Below are positions 1 to 13,171 of a stretch of 64,000 nt of DNA, piece after piece (position 1 is the first letter of the stretch; every line of letters begins with the position of its first letter). The notes beneath the pieces are model-generated. The model did no database searches and had not been told where the DNA came from. It saw only the letters and a program-made list of their open reading frames with translations. The translations under genes and the position numbers were made by a program. The stretch covers positions 124,001-188,000 of the forward strand of contig CAJNYD010000012.1 in the NCBI GenBank assembly GCA_905331295.1, given 5' to 3'. The stretch comes from Rotaria socialis. Its lineage: Eukaryota.

Positions 1-147
1 TTAAGCGCAACACAGCAAAATTCTACTCTAAACAATTAGACTTGAACTTGCCAAGAGCACATTCGTGTAGATCATGATGGAAATGCAAAATAAATAGAAA
101 ATCGTCATTCAAAACACAATGGAACAGCTCTTCTGCTGCATCACAAT

Positions 148-305
148 CAGAGACGTGCACAGGGCATAATTTTCTCTCCTGTCCTGTTGGCTACCTTGGT
201 TCTGGCGGGCGGCAGGGCAGGACAAAAATCTAAATCTTATTCTGTCCTAAAGGACAGGACAAGGCACCAGGACAATAGGACCGTCCTGCCCTGTGCACGT
301 CTCCG
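148..305. mobile_element. Short non-autonomous TIR element (MITE), possibly hAT-like
   Basis: Perfect 17-bp inverted repeat gagacgtgcacagggca (150-166) / tgccctgtgcacgtctc (287-303), extendable to CAG... ends with one mismatch; GC-richer interior with repeated caggac/gtcctg motifs; 8-bp flanks only partly similar (atcacaat / attcaaat). Confidence 0.75.
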
Positions 306-3300
306 ATTCAAATATAGCAGCAGCAACACTTCATAAATTTAAGTAATAATAGCAACAGCTTATAAATTCAGATAACAATAAGCAACAATTTATAAATTCA
401 AATAGCAAATTATAATATTAGATTAATTCCAATAATAATAATAACATTAGATCAATTCGAATAATAATAATAATGGCGACAATTGTATTGTGATGTGATT
501 GAATCAGAAACCATCTAAGAAATGATAAAATTAATCAGAAGATGTCAGAACAAGAAATTTATCTCGACTGAAAAAAGAATAAAAAGTTCGAAGTTTGCAT
601 CCAATGAAAAGAAAAAAATGAAGAAATTTTCAGCTAGTATCCACTTGATACTTAGTTTTCCTGAGCAAAGTGTCCATCAGTGTCAAATCAAAATCGCAAG
701 GGTCTTGGATATTTTGTAACAAAGGCGGACCCTTGCTATTAGAAACATTGAGGCGAATAGTTAGGAAAAATAAACAACTTCCCAATAAACTTTATCCTCG
801 CTATCATCGATGCATTGAAAAACGTTGCTGCTAACGACAACAAATCTTTTCCTTCGCTCATCTAAGACAACCAATTGTTTTGTAGGACTAATGTAGAGGT
901 CACTTGAATACAGTTCTATTCATGATATTATATTCTTTGCCTTCGGTTACATGTTATTTTTACTTTTTATGGATGTTCGTAGCTCGTTTTCTTTTTATTT
1001 CCTTATGTGCACATCCTCACTTTTCATTACTAGCACTTGGTTTATGTTACTTACTTGAGTGCGATTGTCATCACACTTGTATTAAATACGCGTCGACTAA
1101 TCCTTTCTCGATAAATGAAGCTCGATTGGGATCGGAAGGAATGCATGTTGCGTATTCTTCCTAATCGCCTCTTCTTCTTTTTCTTCTCTCAATTATCTAT
1201 CTAAAAAATATCCCAATAATGTAATAAAAAAACAAAACGAATAGAGTGAACGAGTGTGACAAAAAAGAAATTCCATTGATCTAAGTAAGTATGTGTTCAT
1301 TGATACAAAAAAAGATACTAGTTTAAAAAAGACACCAACTGACAAGTAAGCATTTTTTTCTTATTGGATACAAGCATATTGATTTTTCTGTTTTTGATAC
1401 CTGATACTTTATCCTTTTTCTACTGATAGTGTTGTACAAAACTAATTATCAAGTTTTCGATCGATACGATAACGATTATCATCTAAGCCACTGAATGTTC
1501 CTGTCATGAAAGGTAGCATGTTTAGATTTAAGCTGCGAATATTCATATTTTTTGCTATTATTATTTTTCGCTTGAAATTAATAATGATCAGCAACTGACT
1601 GAACGATGTCACTGGTCATTGAACACTCTCTTTGCTATGTCATCGTTGTCATACAACGAATAGAGAGTATAAATTCCAGTAAAAATTCTCTGGAAATCTT
1701 TAAGTATAGTTAGTCGCTCGCGACCGTTTTTATTTTTATCTTATATGATTGCCGTCGACGAAGCAGCAGCAGCAGCAGCAACAGTAACAAGGAGAAAAAT
1801 AGAACAAGAAAAAATAGAATACAATGATTAATCGAATAAATCGAATGCTCATGCTGTTCCGTTAGTGTTTCTTATTTCTTTTTTGATTTTCACTAACTAT
1901 CTATATTGGCGTGAGTATACGTTCGATTAGACGAAATAACGATAAGTTACTTTATGAGCAAGTCAAATGTTGACAATGCTAGCGGCCAACTTGTGTGATT
2001 ATGATTGATTGATTGATTAATAAATTGTGTTCTGTATGCATCATAAAACTAACGATCGAATTATTCAGGACGAATGCAACATATAAAACCCTAAGTAATA
2101 GTCAGGGCTAAAAGTTAGACCTTGATAGAAAATACAAATAATTATTATATATGTACATGCGTATTTATCGACGTATTATGTATACACACATACATACATA
2201 CACGGTTATTCATCCATGTATTCATCGAGAATGCCATTGAAGGATACAATGAGAAACAAGTCTAGAATAATGTGCTGCGCAAACATCTAATGATATGTTG
2301 TTACGAATATATATATTTATATTAATATGCTCGTTTGTCTAACTGTTTGCAAAAGTGATGATATTGTTGTTGTGTTTGTTTATCAGAGCGGCTACGGCTG
2401 TCTCTGGGGTGTTTAACTATGGCAAGCACTTTGATTTCATAATTAGGACATTAATTGAGACATCGTATACATTTCTATAGTACCTATATAAATATTAGAT
2501 ATGTATCTTGATTAATTTAGAACATGAGCATTTTTATCTGTGATAAGCTCTTGCCAGCTAATTCATTTACGAAGAAAAGCATATAGAACAACAGGCGCAA
2601 AAAAAGGACTCAAGTATCTTGTATGTTCGATGACAAACATATGGCAATACTTATGCTTCTATTAGTGAGTAGCACTGCTGTTACTATAATTTGTACTAGT
2701 GCAGTATGACGTCATTCACTCATTTTTTATCAAAAATAAAACTTTGATAGGCATGCATGATGCAAATTATGATTAATTTTCTATTATGCATGTCGACACA
2801 TACATTGCAGTTCACGTGATGAGTCTCACGTATGGCCTCATACATACAAATTCAACAATCAAAATTATCGTTAACCGTTAAGAGCCAGCAACACCACTCG
2901 ACTCTAGTCGATGTCGAGTGTATGAAATAGCAAAAACGACTAAACGAAGAAGAAAAAAAGAGAGAGAAATAAGAAAAAAACCTAGAAGAAGAAGAGAGAG
3001 GAGGAGAAGCAGAACAAGACGACGAAGACGAAGAAATCAGTTCATTCGCTTGCTCTGGTTGAGCGTTTGACGACACCAACAACGAGATGGATAGAATAGA
3101 GGGAGAAGAAGAATAGGCACATGTGGTTTGAAGGTTGTCGTTCTTGGTGAGAAGACGACGATGTAGCTATAGTAGTAGTAACTACAGCAGCAATGGTAGA
3201 AAAAAACGAGACTACCGGAAAATAATCGTAATGGAACGCACACAGAAAGGTTTCAAATCCTTCTTTACGACGCGCGCTCGATGCAGCAGCGCACACACAT

Positions 3301-3495
3301 ACACTATTGATTGAAATATCTTGTCGCTTTTCTTCAACCCACCACGAGTTCTTGTGCTCTGTCCTCACGCGCTTGTTCGTCGTCTTAATGTTCTAGCTCG
3401 CATAGTCTTTCTACGTGTGCTGCTGTTACTGACGGATTTAGTGCTTCTCTGAATTGGCACTCACCAGGATGGCTGTAGAATTTCTTGGCTCTCCA

Positions 3496-3581
3496 TTCTT
3501 CTTCTTTTTCTTCTTCTTCTTCTTCTTTTTCTTCTTCTTCTTCTTCTTCTTCTTCTTCTTCTTCTCCTTCTCCTTCTTCTT
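3496..3581. repeat. (TTC)n microsatellite
   Basis: Long imperfect TTC run; explains the spurious poly-Glu ORF 3385..3612. Confidence 0.95.
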
Positions 3582-4606
3582 CGTTTTTACTTTTTAATAT
3601 TCTCCTGTCCATCCTTAATATCTAATTTACACGAGTTCATGCAAACATGTGCAAGTACATTGATCGGTAGTTGTCTGCTCTCCATCTTAATTGTTGGTCT
3701 AAAACAAGAGCCGATATCTCTCGTTCGAAATTCTTTATGATTTTCAATTTTTTCTCTGGTTTTTAACTGTTTCTTCTTTATCTTTTAAGATACAGATATA
3801 CTTTACTAGAACCGACGTGATGTTGATAGAACACGACTATCTGGCTTTTCATTTTTCTTGTACAAGTTAATGTTTTGTCAAATAAAAACAGCAATCAAAA
3901 CAATTCATCAACACACTGTGCATTGTTACAAGTGACTTGGCTAGGTGCGCATACGCGCACAGTAGGTTTGTATAGTTAATTAGCAAATATCAATATTTTC
4001 ATTCACGATCTTGTTTCTTCCATCTTCACTCTCTCTGGCTCGTTTTCTTTCTTGTTTCTATACAATTAACATTAGTCGTACACTAAGTTAATGCGTATAG
4101 AAAAAAAGCGATGCATCTAGTCAAGAATATGAAAGAAACGACTTAGGAAGAAAAAGAAAAGGAAGCTACTCTATTTCATAAATTAGCTAATGGTAAATCA
4201 GATGAACAAAGTTATATTCAATTATTAAGAAAAGTTCAAGCGAACTACCAAAATTTAGATATTTTTCGCTTCAACATAATCTCCTAAAGATAAGCCAGAT
4301 CAGCACAAAGAGAAAATCTTCTTTAGTAGCATACAATGTCAAGGCTAAGGTCTTTAGGTTGGCACCTATTATTATTCTAGTTGTTTGCAAACTAAAGATG
4401 GGTGCTGAAATGAAAAGTAGCCTTGAATAGTAAAATAATTGCAGAACATATTTTATATCTCATTAGTTTTCATGTTGATAAACAACTGACAGGAATGTCC
4501 CTAATGAACTTGCCGATCTAAATTGAACGAATGATATTCCGATAGACAAATGTTGTAGCTAATGATGTGAAAATTTTCGAAACCATTTTTTTATTGACCT
4601 TCAATT

Positions 4607-4608
<2 letters not shown>

Positions 4609-4643
<35 letters not shown>
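4609..4643. repeat. (GA)n microsatellite
   Basis: Uninterrupted AG dinucleotide run. Confidence 0.95.
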
Positions 4644-4646
<3 letters not shown>

Positions 4647-5469
4647 TGATCAAATATCTACTTCTCTCGTTGCGGAATCAGGCATCAAAATAGAATTTTT
4701 TTTTGTACTTTTTTCAAATTCAATTAATGATATATTAGTAACTGAGAAAATTGAGTTTTAAGGCGATGCTTCAAACTTTTGATAAGTAGTGCATTTTGCA
4801 GACTGGAGTTTGTTCTATTGAATGAAATCTTCCGGCCTTTTGTGAAATGTACTGTGTAAATGTAACAACGTGTGTAGGTCTAAGTATTCATTTATTGATG
4901 ATTTTCTAGTTATATTTTTTTCCTTACTGTACAGTAGTATATCATTTACACAATACATTGTTGAGAAGATCGAAAATTCTCGTTCAGTATAATGAATTCT
5001 ACTTGTCAAATTCGTTCACTATTCTTAAAAATTCATTTTCTTTTCTAATGAGATATATAAATTTATAGTAAAAACATAATCGAAATGTTTTGATCATTTT
5101 TACAACGATGATATTTATTATTCATTAATATCCTATCGTTTATTGAAAACTTTTCTTTGTTTGTTATTTGAGAATACTGTAAGCTCTCTTTTGTTTTATT
5201 CGACTACTGAAAAAACAAAACTTACATTTGAACATCTATCCATGTCTATCTAATAACTAACTAGATCAAGAATAAGTGGTACCTAGAGTTCGTACTTGTA
5301 GTTACTTATGTCATGGGGGGGAAAAAATCCTTTTTCTTGTCTTGTTTCAATTGGAAAGAAAACACTCGAGTGAAAAATGTCACAAAAGTTTTTTTTCTTT
5401 TTTCTTTTTTTCTATATTTTGATTTTACTTTCTAGGTTAATCAATAGAAGATTTTAAGTAGAAATAAAA

Positions 5470-8400
5470 ATGGCTAGTGTAGCTGCATGGCTTCCATTTG
5501 CTCGGGCAGCTGCTATCGGTTGGGTTCCATTAGCAAAACATCCTTTACCACCACCACCATTTCGTATTTCAAGACCTGGTGTTTCACCATCGTCACCATC
5601 AACATCGACAACATCAGCTACGACAACAAGCATTGGTGAACGACGTTGCGATGAAAAAATTATAATTAATGTTAGCGGTCGCCGTTTTGAATGTTGGCGT
5701 TCAACATTGGAAAAATATCCCGAGTCATTATTAGGTTCAAATGAAAAAGAATTCTTTTATGATGAAGATACACGCGAATTTTTTTTCGATCGTGACCCTG
5801 ACGTATTTCGTGTCATATTAAATTTTTACCGTACTGGCAAATTACATTATCCAAGACATGAATGTATTGCTGCGTATGATGAAGAATTAGCTTTTTTTGG
5901 AATTTTACCCGATATAATTGGTGATTGTTGCTATGAAGATTATCGAGATAGAAAACGTGAAAATACTGAAAGACTTATCGATGATCGTCTTCATGAAGAT
6001 GATGATAAAATTCAACCGAAGCCGCTATCATCACGTGAGAGTATGTGGCGTGCATTTGAAAATCCAAATACATCAACTATGGCATCCGTATTTTATTATG
6101 TAACGGGGTTTTTTATAGCTGTTAGCGTGATTGCAAATGTCTTAGACACAGTAGCTTGTGGCCCTGATCCTGAAACAGGCTATTCAAGATCGTGTGGTGA
6201 ACGTTTTTCTCGTCAATTCTTTTGCCTTGATACGGCTTGTGTCATGATTTTTACTGTTGAATATTTTCTTCGTCTCTATGCGGCACCCGATCGGTTAAAA
6301 TTTGTTCGATCTGTTATGGTAAGTAAAATTAATATTATCAAAAAACAAAACAAAACAAAAATTAGAAGTTCTATTTTTGTTTTCTCTTCTTCTTTAGTCT
6401 GTTATCGATGTTGTTGCTATTATGCCATATTATATTAGTTTATTTATGCCACATAAAGGAGAAGTTAGTGGAGCATTTGTTACTCTACGAGTGTTTCGTG
6501 TGTTTCGTATATTTAAATTTTCACGTCACAGCCAGGGTTTAAGAGTATTAGGTTATACATTAAAAAGTTGTGCCAGTGAACTTGGCTTTCTATTATTTTC
6601 ATTAACGATGGCAATTATTATATTTGCGACGGTTATGTATTATGCCGAGAAAACTGTCGTAAGTACGAAGTTTACATCTATACCGGCTGCATTTTGGTAT
6701 ACAATTGTAACAATGACAACGCTCGGGTACGATAATAATTGATTATTTTCTATGTCGTGAATGCTCTTTCGTTCTATTAAAAAAGAAAATAGGAAATATA
6801 TTTTTTTCCTGATTACGAGAAGCCATAGATTTGAAAGATCAAATAATATTTATGAAAAACCCACACCCAAGATAGAAATCACTTTAACATTTCTAAGATC
6901 TTTGTTAAATTTTATTTTTCGTTTCTAGGTACGGTGACATGGTTCCAAAAACTTGGTAAGTCTTATTAAATAGAAATATTCTATTGATTACAAATCAATC
7001 ATTATTGTTATAGGGCAGGCAAACTTGTTGGTGGTGTATGCAGTTTAAGTGGTGTACTTGTCATTGCTCTTCCTGTGCCTGTTATTGTATCGAATTTCAG
7101 TCGTATTTATCATCAAAGTCAACGAGCAGATAAGATGAAAGCTCAAAGAAAAGCCCGACAAACACGTATACGTTTAGCACGTAATGCAACAAGTAATGCG
7201 TTTGTAGCAGCTAAAAGACGTCATGAACAACATTTTGACGATTCGAATGCGTCTGGTGATAAAAATATTGTTAATCCATTCGAATCACAACATCATCATT
7301 TACTTCGTTGTCTAGAATTAACAACTGTATGAAGAATTCTTTTTTATTGCTTTGCGCAATTTTTTTATATATTTTTTTTCTCTTCAAGGATCGTGAATTT
7401 GTTGAAATGGGTCCAGATATGTTAATGAATAGTGGTGGTGGAGCAAGTCTTGCTGCGGGTAATAGTGCTATGGCTGGTTTCACAAATTTCGGTTCACGAA
7501 GTGGTCGTTTTCTATTACATCCTCGAGCATGGTGGTGTTGTAAATCGCGACGAAGAAGAAAAAATTCCTGCAAATTCAATATCGTAAGTTTTAGATGCAG
7601 AGACTGTATGATTAACGTGTGAATAGAAAATAGTTTTGTGCTTAGCTGAATTGTGTAGACCTCATGTCCAGTAGTCTATCAGTAGTTATGAAATGTTAAT
7701 CAAGGTGTATTTTTAATCTAATTATTGACATAATTATTTGTTGCTGCTGTTGAAATCATTCTCTACAACTTATTTTTCTTCGGGACTTAACATTAGAAGA
7801 ATCATCCATTTTCTAAATATTAGACTAACAGTAGGATATTTATTTTAAAAACATAGTCATTATCGTAATCCATTTGCTGCGGAAATTGCTCAATTATATA
7901 TATATAGTAGACTTTGCTATTCTTAACTACTCATTATATTTTGATATGATCTTTATTATTGAGGAAGATGTTAGATCTTTTTCTTATCTATTATTTTGTA
8001 TTCTACAGCAAATGAATTCTCTCTGGTACTACCCATGTAGCCGATTTTATCAAATAATGGACATTGCAATGCATTATTTTACAATAGAAATGCAATGTAT
8101 GCAATTACATGGTAATGCAACCTATTTAATGCATTAGGTTTTAGAATCATGCATTATAATGCATGAAACAGGTTGCATTATCATGTAATTGTATACATTA
8201 TTATTTATAATTCATTATAATACATTGAAAATTTCTTACTCGACACTTGCTACATAAGATCTATTAAATCAATATCGCAATTACCATAATTGTATCTCTG
8301 TGACTCTGCACATCTATCCTCTAACTCAACTTAACCCCTTAACTTTCATCAGCCCTCTTATATATATATATATATCCCATAACGTATCATCTTGACCATA

Positions 8401-11175
8401 TCGACAAGAATCTAAAACAAAGAAAATTAATGAACAAATAAATTTATTATTATTAAATTCGAACTTACCATTTCGATCATAATCGGTATCAATCTAGAAC
8501 ATAGAAAAAGGAAGTAGAAATAATTTTAATATTGAATTGTAACTTACCATTTCGAGCAGATCGATAAAAATCTAAAACAAAAGGCAATGAATAAATCATT
8601 TTTTTATTATTCAATTCAAACTTACCACTTAGATCATGTCGAAAGCGAAAACAATTTGAAGAACGTATATATGACATAAGGCTGTTTCAATAGTATTAAA
8701 ATGGTTTCAGATTTGCCAAAACAAAATGATTCATGATCTAATCTGCTTGATATTGTGAGCAGCTTTAGCTCACTAGATACATCCGAAACTGAGCAATGAC
8801 AAAGAGTGAAAACTTCTTTTGAGAGATTTAAGGATTGTGATTTCTTTCATTCTACAGAATATTGTAAAAGCATGCAAAACTCTAGCAGTCTTTCGTTGCA
8901 TCAAATAGAAAGTCGAGGTAGGATTTCGGGTTGTTAGTGCACATTTTAGCAATTAAGTAAACTCGGAAACTCTTCGGGTTGCCAGAAGAAATATTTTGGA
9001 AACTGAAAGGATAATCTGATATAACTCATCAGATTTTGAGTCAAGTTTTCAATAGTATAGATTTCCATTATCGGGGAAAAGGGATTCGAAAACTACTCTT
9101 AACGCTGTAATTCATGTTACATTTTTATTAGTTCGTTAACTTGTGCGACTCTTATTGAAAAGGGCTTGATACACAGAAAGCTGTGGCAAATCAAACATCT
9201 ACCTGTCAAATCACGTTTGCAACATTTCTTGTACGAAAATAGTGAATTTTCTAATTTAAAAACATTACTCTAAATAATACTTTGAAATGCACTGGATAAT
9301 AATGCGTTATTAGAAATTTCTACATTATTCTAAATAATGCATTGAAAAGCCAAAACATAGTTAACTATAATGCATTAATTCATTTCTGAGATAATGGAAA
9401 ATAATGGATCATTTTCCCATTATTCATCCATTATCGGCTACATGGATATTATCAATGATTTTACAATAATACACTGTTAATTGACTGATAGTTGCAGACT
9501 CGGATCCTGAGTACACTGTGAGAAAACAGAGTTCAATGAAGTCTAAAATTAAAATCATCGCTGACGGGGTTTTTGTTTTTCTTGAATATAATCTAAGCAA
9601 CTATTGGCATGTGTGTAATCACTGATCATGAGGGAATTTACTGGTTTGATAAAAGATGCATTCATCTCGTGATAAAATAAGCAATTGTACTTCGATGTAG
9701 ACTAATTGCTAATGAAACTAAATTTTCAGCGTTAACATGAATAGATGAAAAAAATTTTTTTTTTTTATAAAATTAACATTCATTATCGGCAACTCAGGAT
9801 GCATCCTTATTAGCAAAATCTTATTTAATTAAGAGTACTCACGAAAATTTGATTGCTAAGTGCTATTATCCTTTGAAATAAATATCAGTAGATTACCGGG
9901 TTCTTTTTTGAAGTTATAAAAAATTTTGTTACCAAAATTGATTTTGACATAATTCTAACTACGATATCGAATTGTATCATCTGTCACTACGAACTGTTAA
10001 TCATATACTTTAACAAAAAAGCTTGGTAGCGCAGCCCCTTTAGGACTAAAATGTGGAACTCATATACGATTTTTCGCCTAATTTACTTATGCACAACACG
10101 TGGTGTGAAATGTGCTGCAAGAAAATCGATCGGTAGAAAAAAATGTCTTATTTAGTTTTCCCCTGCTTGCTAATATCTGTAATGCAAGGTGGTGTCTGTA
10201 AGTGGGTGGATGGCAAAAATCTCGCTTTTAAACTTACACTCACCATTTTCTTCGAAAATATATATGAGTTCCACAAAAATAGCCTTCGGAAATCCTATTT
10301 TATTTTCATAGGACTTCTCCGATATAATGTCGCTATTAGTTTTTCCTGCGTGACGTCATCAGAACCTACACAGGCTTTTAATTAGTCGATCTTGTTCTTT
10401 TCCAATTGGTTCGTTAAATGTAAAACATGATTTTAATCAAACATATTTGTTACTTCAATCAGAGATGTACTCACAGCCAGTGAGAGACTTCCGGGAGATT
10501 TCGGCCCGCTTCAAAAATATTTTCCTAAGCTAAAACTTTCGAAAATTGAACCAATAAAACCTTCAGAACATATTTCATTGTCATGACCAAACTTCCGCTC
10601 ACAAAATCTTATATTTAACACTAAAGAAAAATACTAATCTCTTTTTTTTCTTATGAAGGAGCGCAAAAATACTAATAATGCGAACGTCAGTGGAGATGAA
10701 ATCGATGCAGAAATCGGCGATTTTCAATTACCATTAACGATAAATCCATACAATTCATCAACACTATCTCCAAATATTATTATTCCACCACAAGAAATGC
10801 CCTATCAAGGAAATTCAACTTCATCATTACAATACAATGTTGTCCTTCATTCCAATGCCAATGAACCATTGTTACCGGCGACAAATCGTTTCGATCTAAA
10901 TCTTCCATTAGGCACAGTTAATCGAACCCAATTAAATCGTAAAGCAAATAGTTTAATGGCAGTTTATGAACATAGTTCAGTGAATGATACAGGAAAAGGT
11001 GAATCGGCATCGAAATCTGATACATATCGTGCACGATCACCATCGAGTGTTAGTGATTCAACATTTCGACGAACAACACACGTTCAAATAATCGACAAAG
11101 ATACACACGAAGCAGTAAGAAAATTATTATCGAATCATTTATTTATTTATTCATTTAATCTATTTTTAGGTATGA
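5470..11175 (+). CDS. Shal: Voltage-gated K+ channel Shal/Kv4 (KCND family), multi-exon
   Basis: N-terminus [21 protein letters not shown]1 domain, S4 [16 protein letters not shown], pore TMTTLG|YGD, S6 PVP. Exons approx. 5470-6318, 6398-6726, 6929-6955, 7013-7326, 7389-7583, 10659-11114, 11170-11175 (ends THEAV*). The 3' exons are less certain. Confidence 0.95.
8032..9446. mobile_element. Non-autonomous TIR element with TA flanks inside a Shal intron
   Basis: TA|cccatgtagccgat (8032-8045) ... atcggctacatgga|TA (9433-9446), 13-bp perfect inverted core; both subterminal regions (~8050-8230, ~9270-9430) are rich in taatgcatt/ataatg motifs. Confidence 0.7.
8385..8677 (-). repeat. Tandem ~80-bp exon-intron units (antisense microexon array)
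   Basis: Three GTAAGTT...(T/C)TAG introns on the minus strand (8572-8625, 8494-8547, 8412-8468) separating mutually similar 24-nt (8548-8571) and 25-nt (8469-8493) segments. Confidence 0.75.
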
Positions 11176-11661
11176 CAGTGAATAATACTCCGCCAATGAA
11201 GCCCGTGTTTTCTTTTATTTTTACCAGTATTTTCGTCCTGATATACGCATACTGTGCACAAACGAAGAAAACAAATGTCGATGTACGTCTCTGATGAATT
11301 ACCTGTCCTATGAGCGACCCCACGTGTTGTTTTGTTACGTTGTTGTTTTATTTTTATTTGCACATAAGAATAATTCAGTCGAACGACAATCATTGTTCAG
11401 TAGATGAGAAAAGCATACTCTAATAAAAAGAAAAAAAAAGAAAAATTGTTTCTTTTTCTTGTTTGTACAAGTATATCTATATTTTTTGTCGTCCTATTTA
11501 ATTAACTGATTTTTCTTTTTGTTTAAATATGTGTTTATGTGCGTATGTATGAGTCTCAAGTAACGAGACAAAGACCAGATTTTATTCTTTTTCTTTGTTT
11601 TACAGAATAATTAATGATAAATAAACGAAACCAAAGCATTTGTCTTTATAAATATGCAAGT

Positions 11662-13171
11662 TTAAGATTTTTTAACACGTTTTCTCGTCGGTTTAATGTT
11701 TGATTTTTCTTCAAGATTTCTTTTCCTTTTATTGGTTGTGGTAGATGCAGTGCTTTGTTGTTGATCATCATCTTCATCTTCATCATCGTCGTCGAATTGA
11801 CGGCCTTTATTTTTATCTTTAACAAGTAAATTATCTGTGGTTGTTGGCGATGCAGGTTCTTCAGATTCGACTTTCGATTGAGATTTACTGGACGATTTGG
11901 TTCTACTTGTAGTTTTGGTTAATTTCGATTTCGTTGTTGATGATGGGTGTTGATATTGTTTGAGATGATCAGGATTTTTTCGATAACATTTTTCACCGTA
12001 TGGACATTCTTCGCGTGCATCTGGTTTTTGTAATGATGATGATGATGATGAAGGTTGCTCATCATCATCGTCAGACCTGGCAATTTTTTTCCCGGTTTTC
12101 CCATCACGCGATGGAATGACTGAAAATAATATGGAATGCTGCTTCGATAATTTTGTTGTCGGTACAACTTTTTGTTTGACACTAATCGGTGTTTTTGTCT
12201 TAGCTGCTTCGAGGACATCGTCCCATGTTAAATCAGTGCGAAGTCGAAGAAACACCGGAAAACGTGGACTACCAGCATTTGATAATTCTTGAAATTTAAA
12301 TGTAATAACTGAACCTTTTTTTGGTGGTTTTCGACGTTGATCCATTGTAAATCCACTACCAACGTCGAATCGTTTTCCATTAGGTAATTGACATTCAAGA
12401 GCACCTAACATTCCGGTACAGTTGCCTTTACCAGGTTTATGACCAATAACTAACGCTTCTAGAAAAGAATTTTGTAGAGATGATTTTTCTTTTTTTTATT
12501 CGAATATCATTTACCTTCATCATAAAATGTTTTTACTTTCAGTAATGTTGATGAACGTTTATTTTCATAGCGACTACCAGGCTTACGAAGCATGATACCT
12601 TCTCCACCAGCAGCATTTACTTCAGCTAAACATTGTTTAAGATCAGCAAGACCTTGACATTTTTTTACGCCGACTACTGAAGCATAACATTTATCATCAT
12701 CTTGTGGAATGTTAGTTTGTAGCCATTTCACACGATCTTCATATTTTCCACCATGACTTGGTGCATCGAAAATCAAATATGTAAGAAATTTATAATCATC
12801 AGGTACGACCTTATTAGCTTGTTTTTTTACAATACTAATACATTTCTGAAATAGACCTCGTCCACACCTATATAAATAACAATTTAGAAAAAAAAAAGAT
12901 ATATATAAATCTACCATATTTCGCCATCTAGCGGTACTTTTGGAAGTGCGGCCTTGAAAAAGTCAGGAACATGAAATAGATTTCCCTGACGAGAATAAAA
13001 ATTGCTTCCACTCCAATACGCTCTAAAAAAATAAAATAATCCTTGAAAATAAAGAGCATTCTAATCTTCATACCGCACGCCATCCAGTTTTTCACTCATC
13101 CACCAATCAGTTGGATCAATATCTTCAGACCATGTTTCGGCAAGAAGTACTTTCGTAGCTTCACTACTCAT
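11662..13171 (-). CDS. ligE: Minimal bacterial-type ATP-dependent DNA ligase with C-terminal PBZ zinc finger (LigE/LigK-like)
   Basis: Spliced reading gives MSSEATKVLLAETW...WWMSEKLDGVR|AYW (motif I KxDG), LDGEIW, YLIFDAP, GGEGIMLR, LLKVK, OB fold (GSGFT, TFKFQEL, PRFPVFLRLR), PBZ CPYGEKCYRKNPDHLKQYQHP, acidic linker and basic NLS-like tail; three short introns (~13023-13073, ~12869-12913, ~12459-12514). Confidence 0.92.

Noticed and set aside
2707..2714. Perfect CRE TGACGTCA (also 10351-10358)
   Set aside because: Single 8-mers are expected by chance in 64 kb and the TSS is unknown.
3385..3612. Poly-Glu ORF on the minus strand
   Set aside because: Translation of a TTC microsatellite; no splice context or domain.
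8385..8677. CRISPR-like repeat-spacer appearance
   Set aside because: The repeated parts are splice signals and microexons, are not identical, and no cas genes are present in this eukaryotic context.
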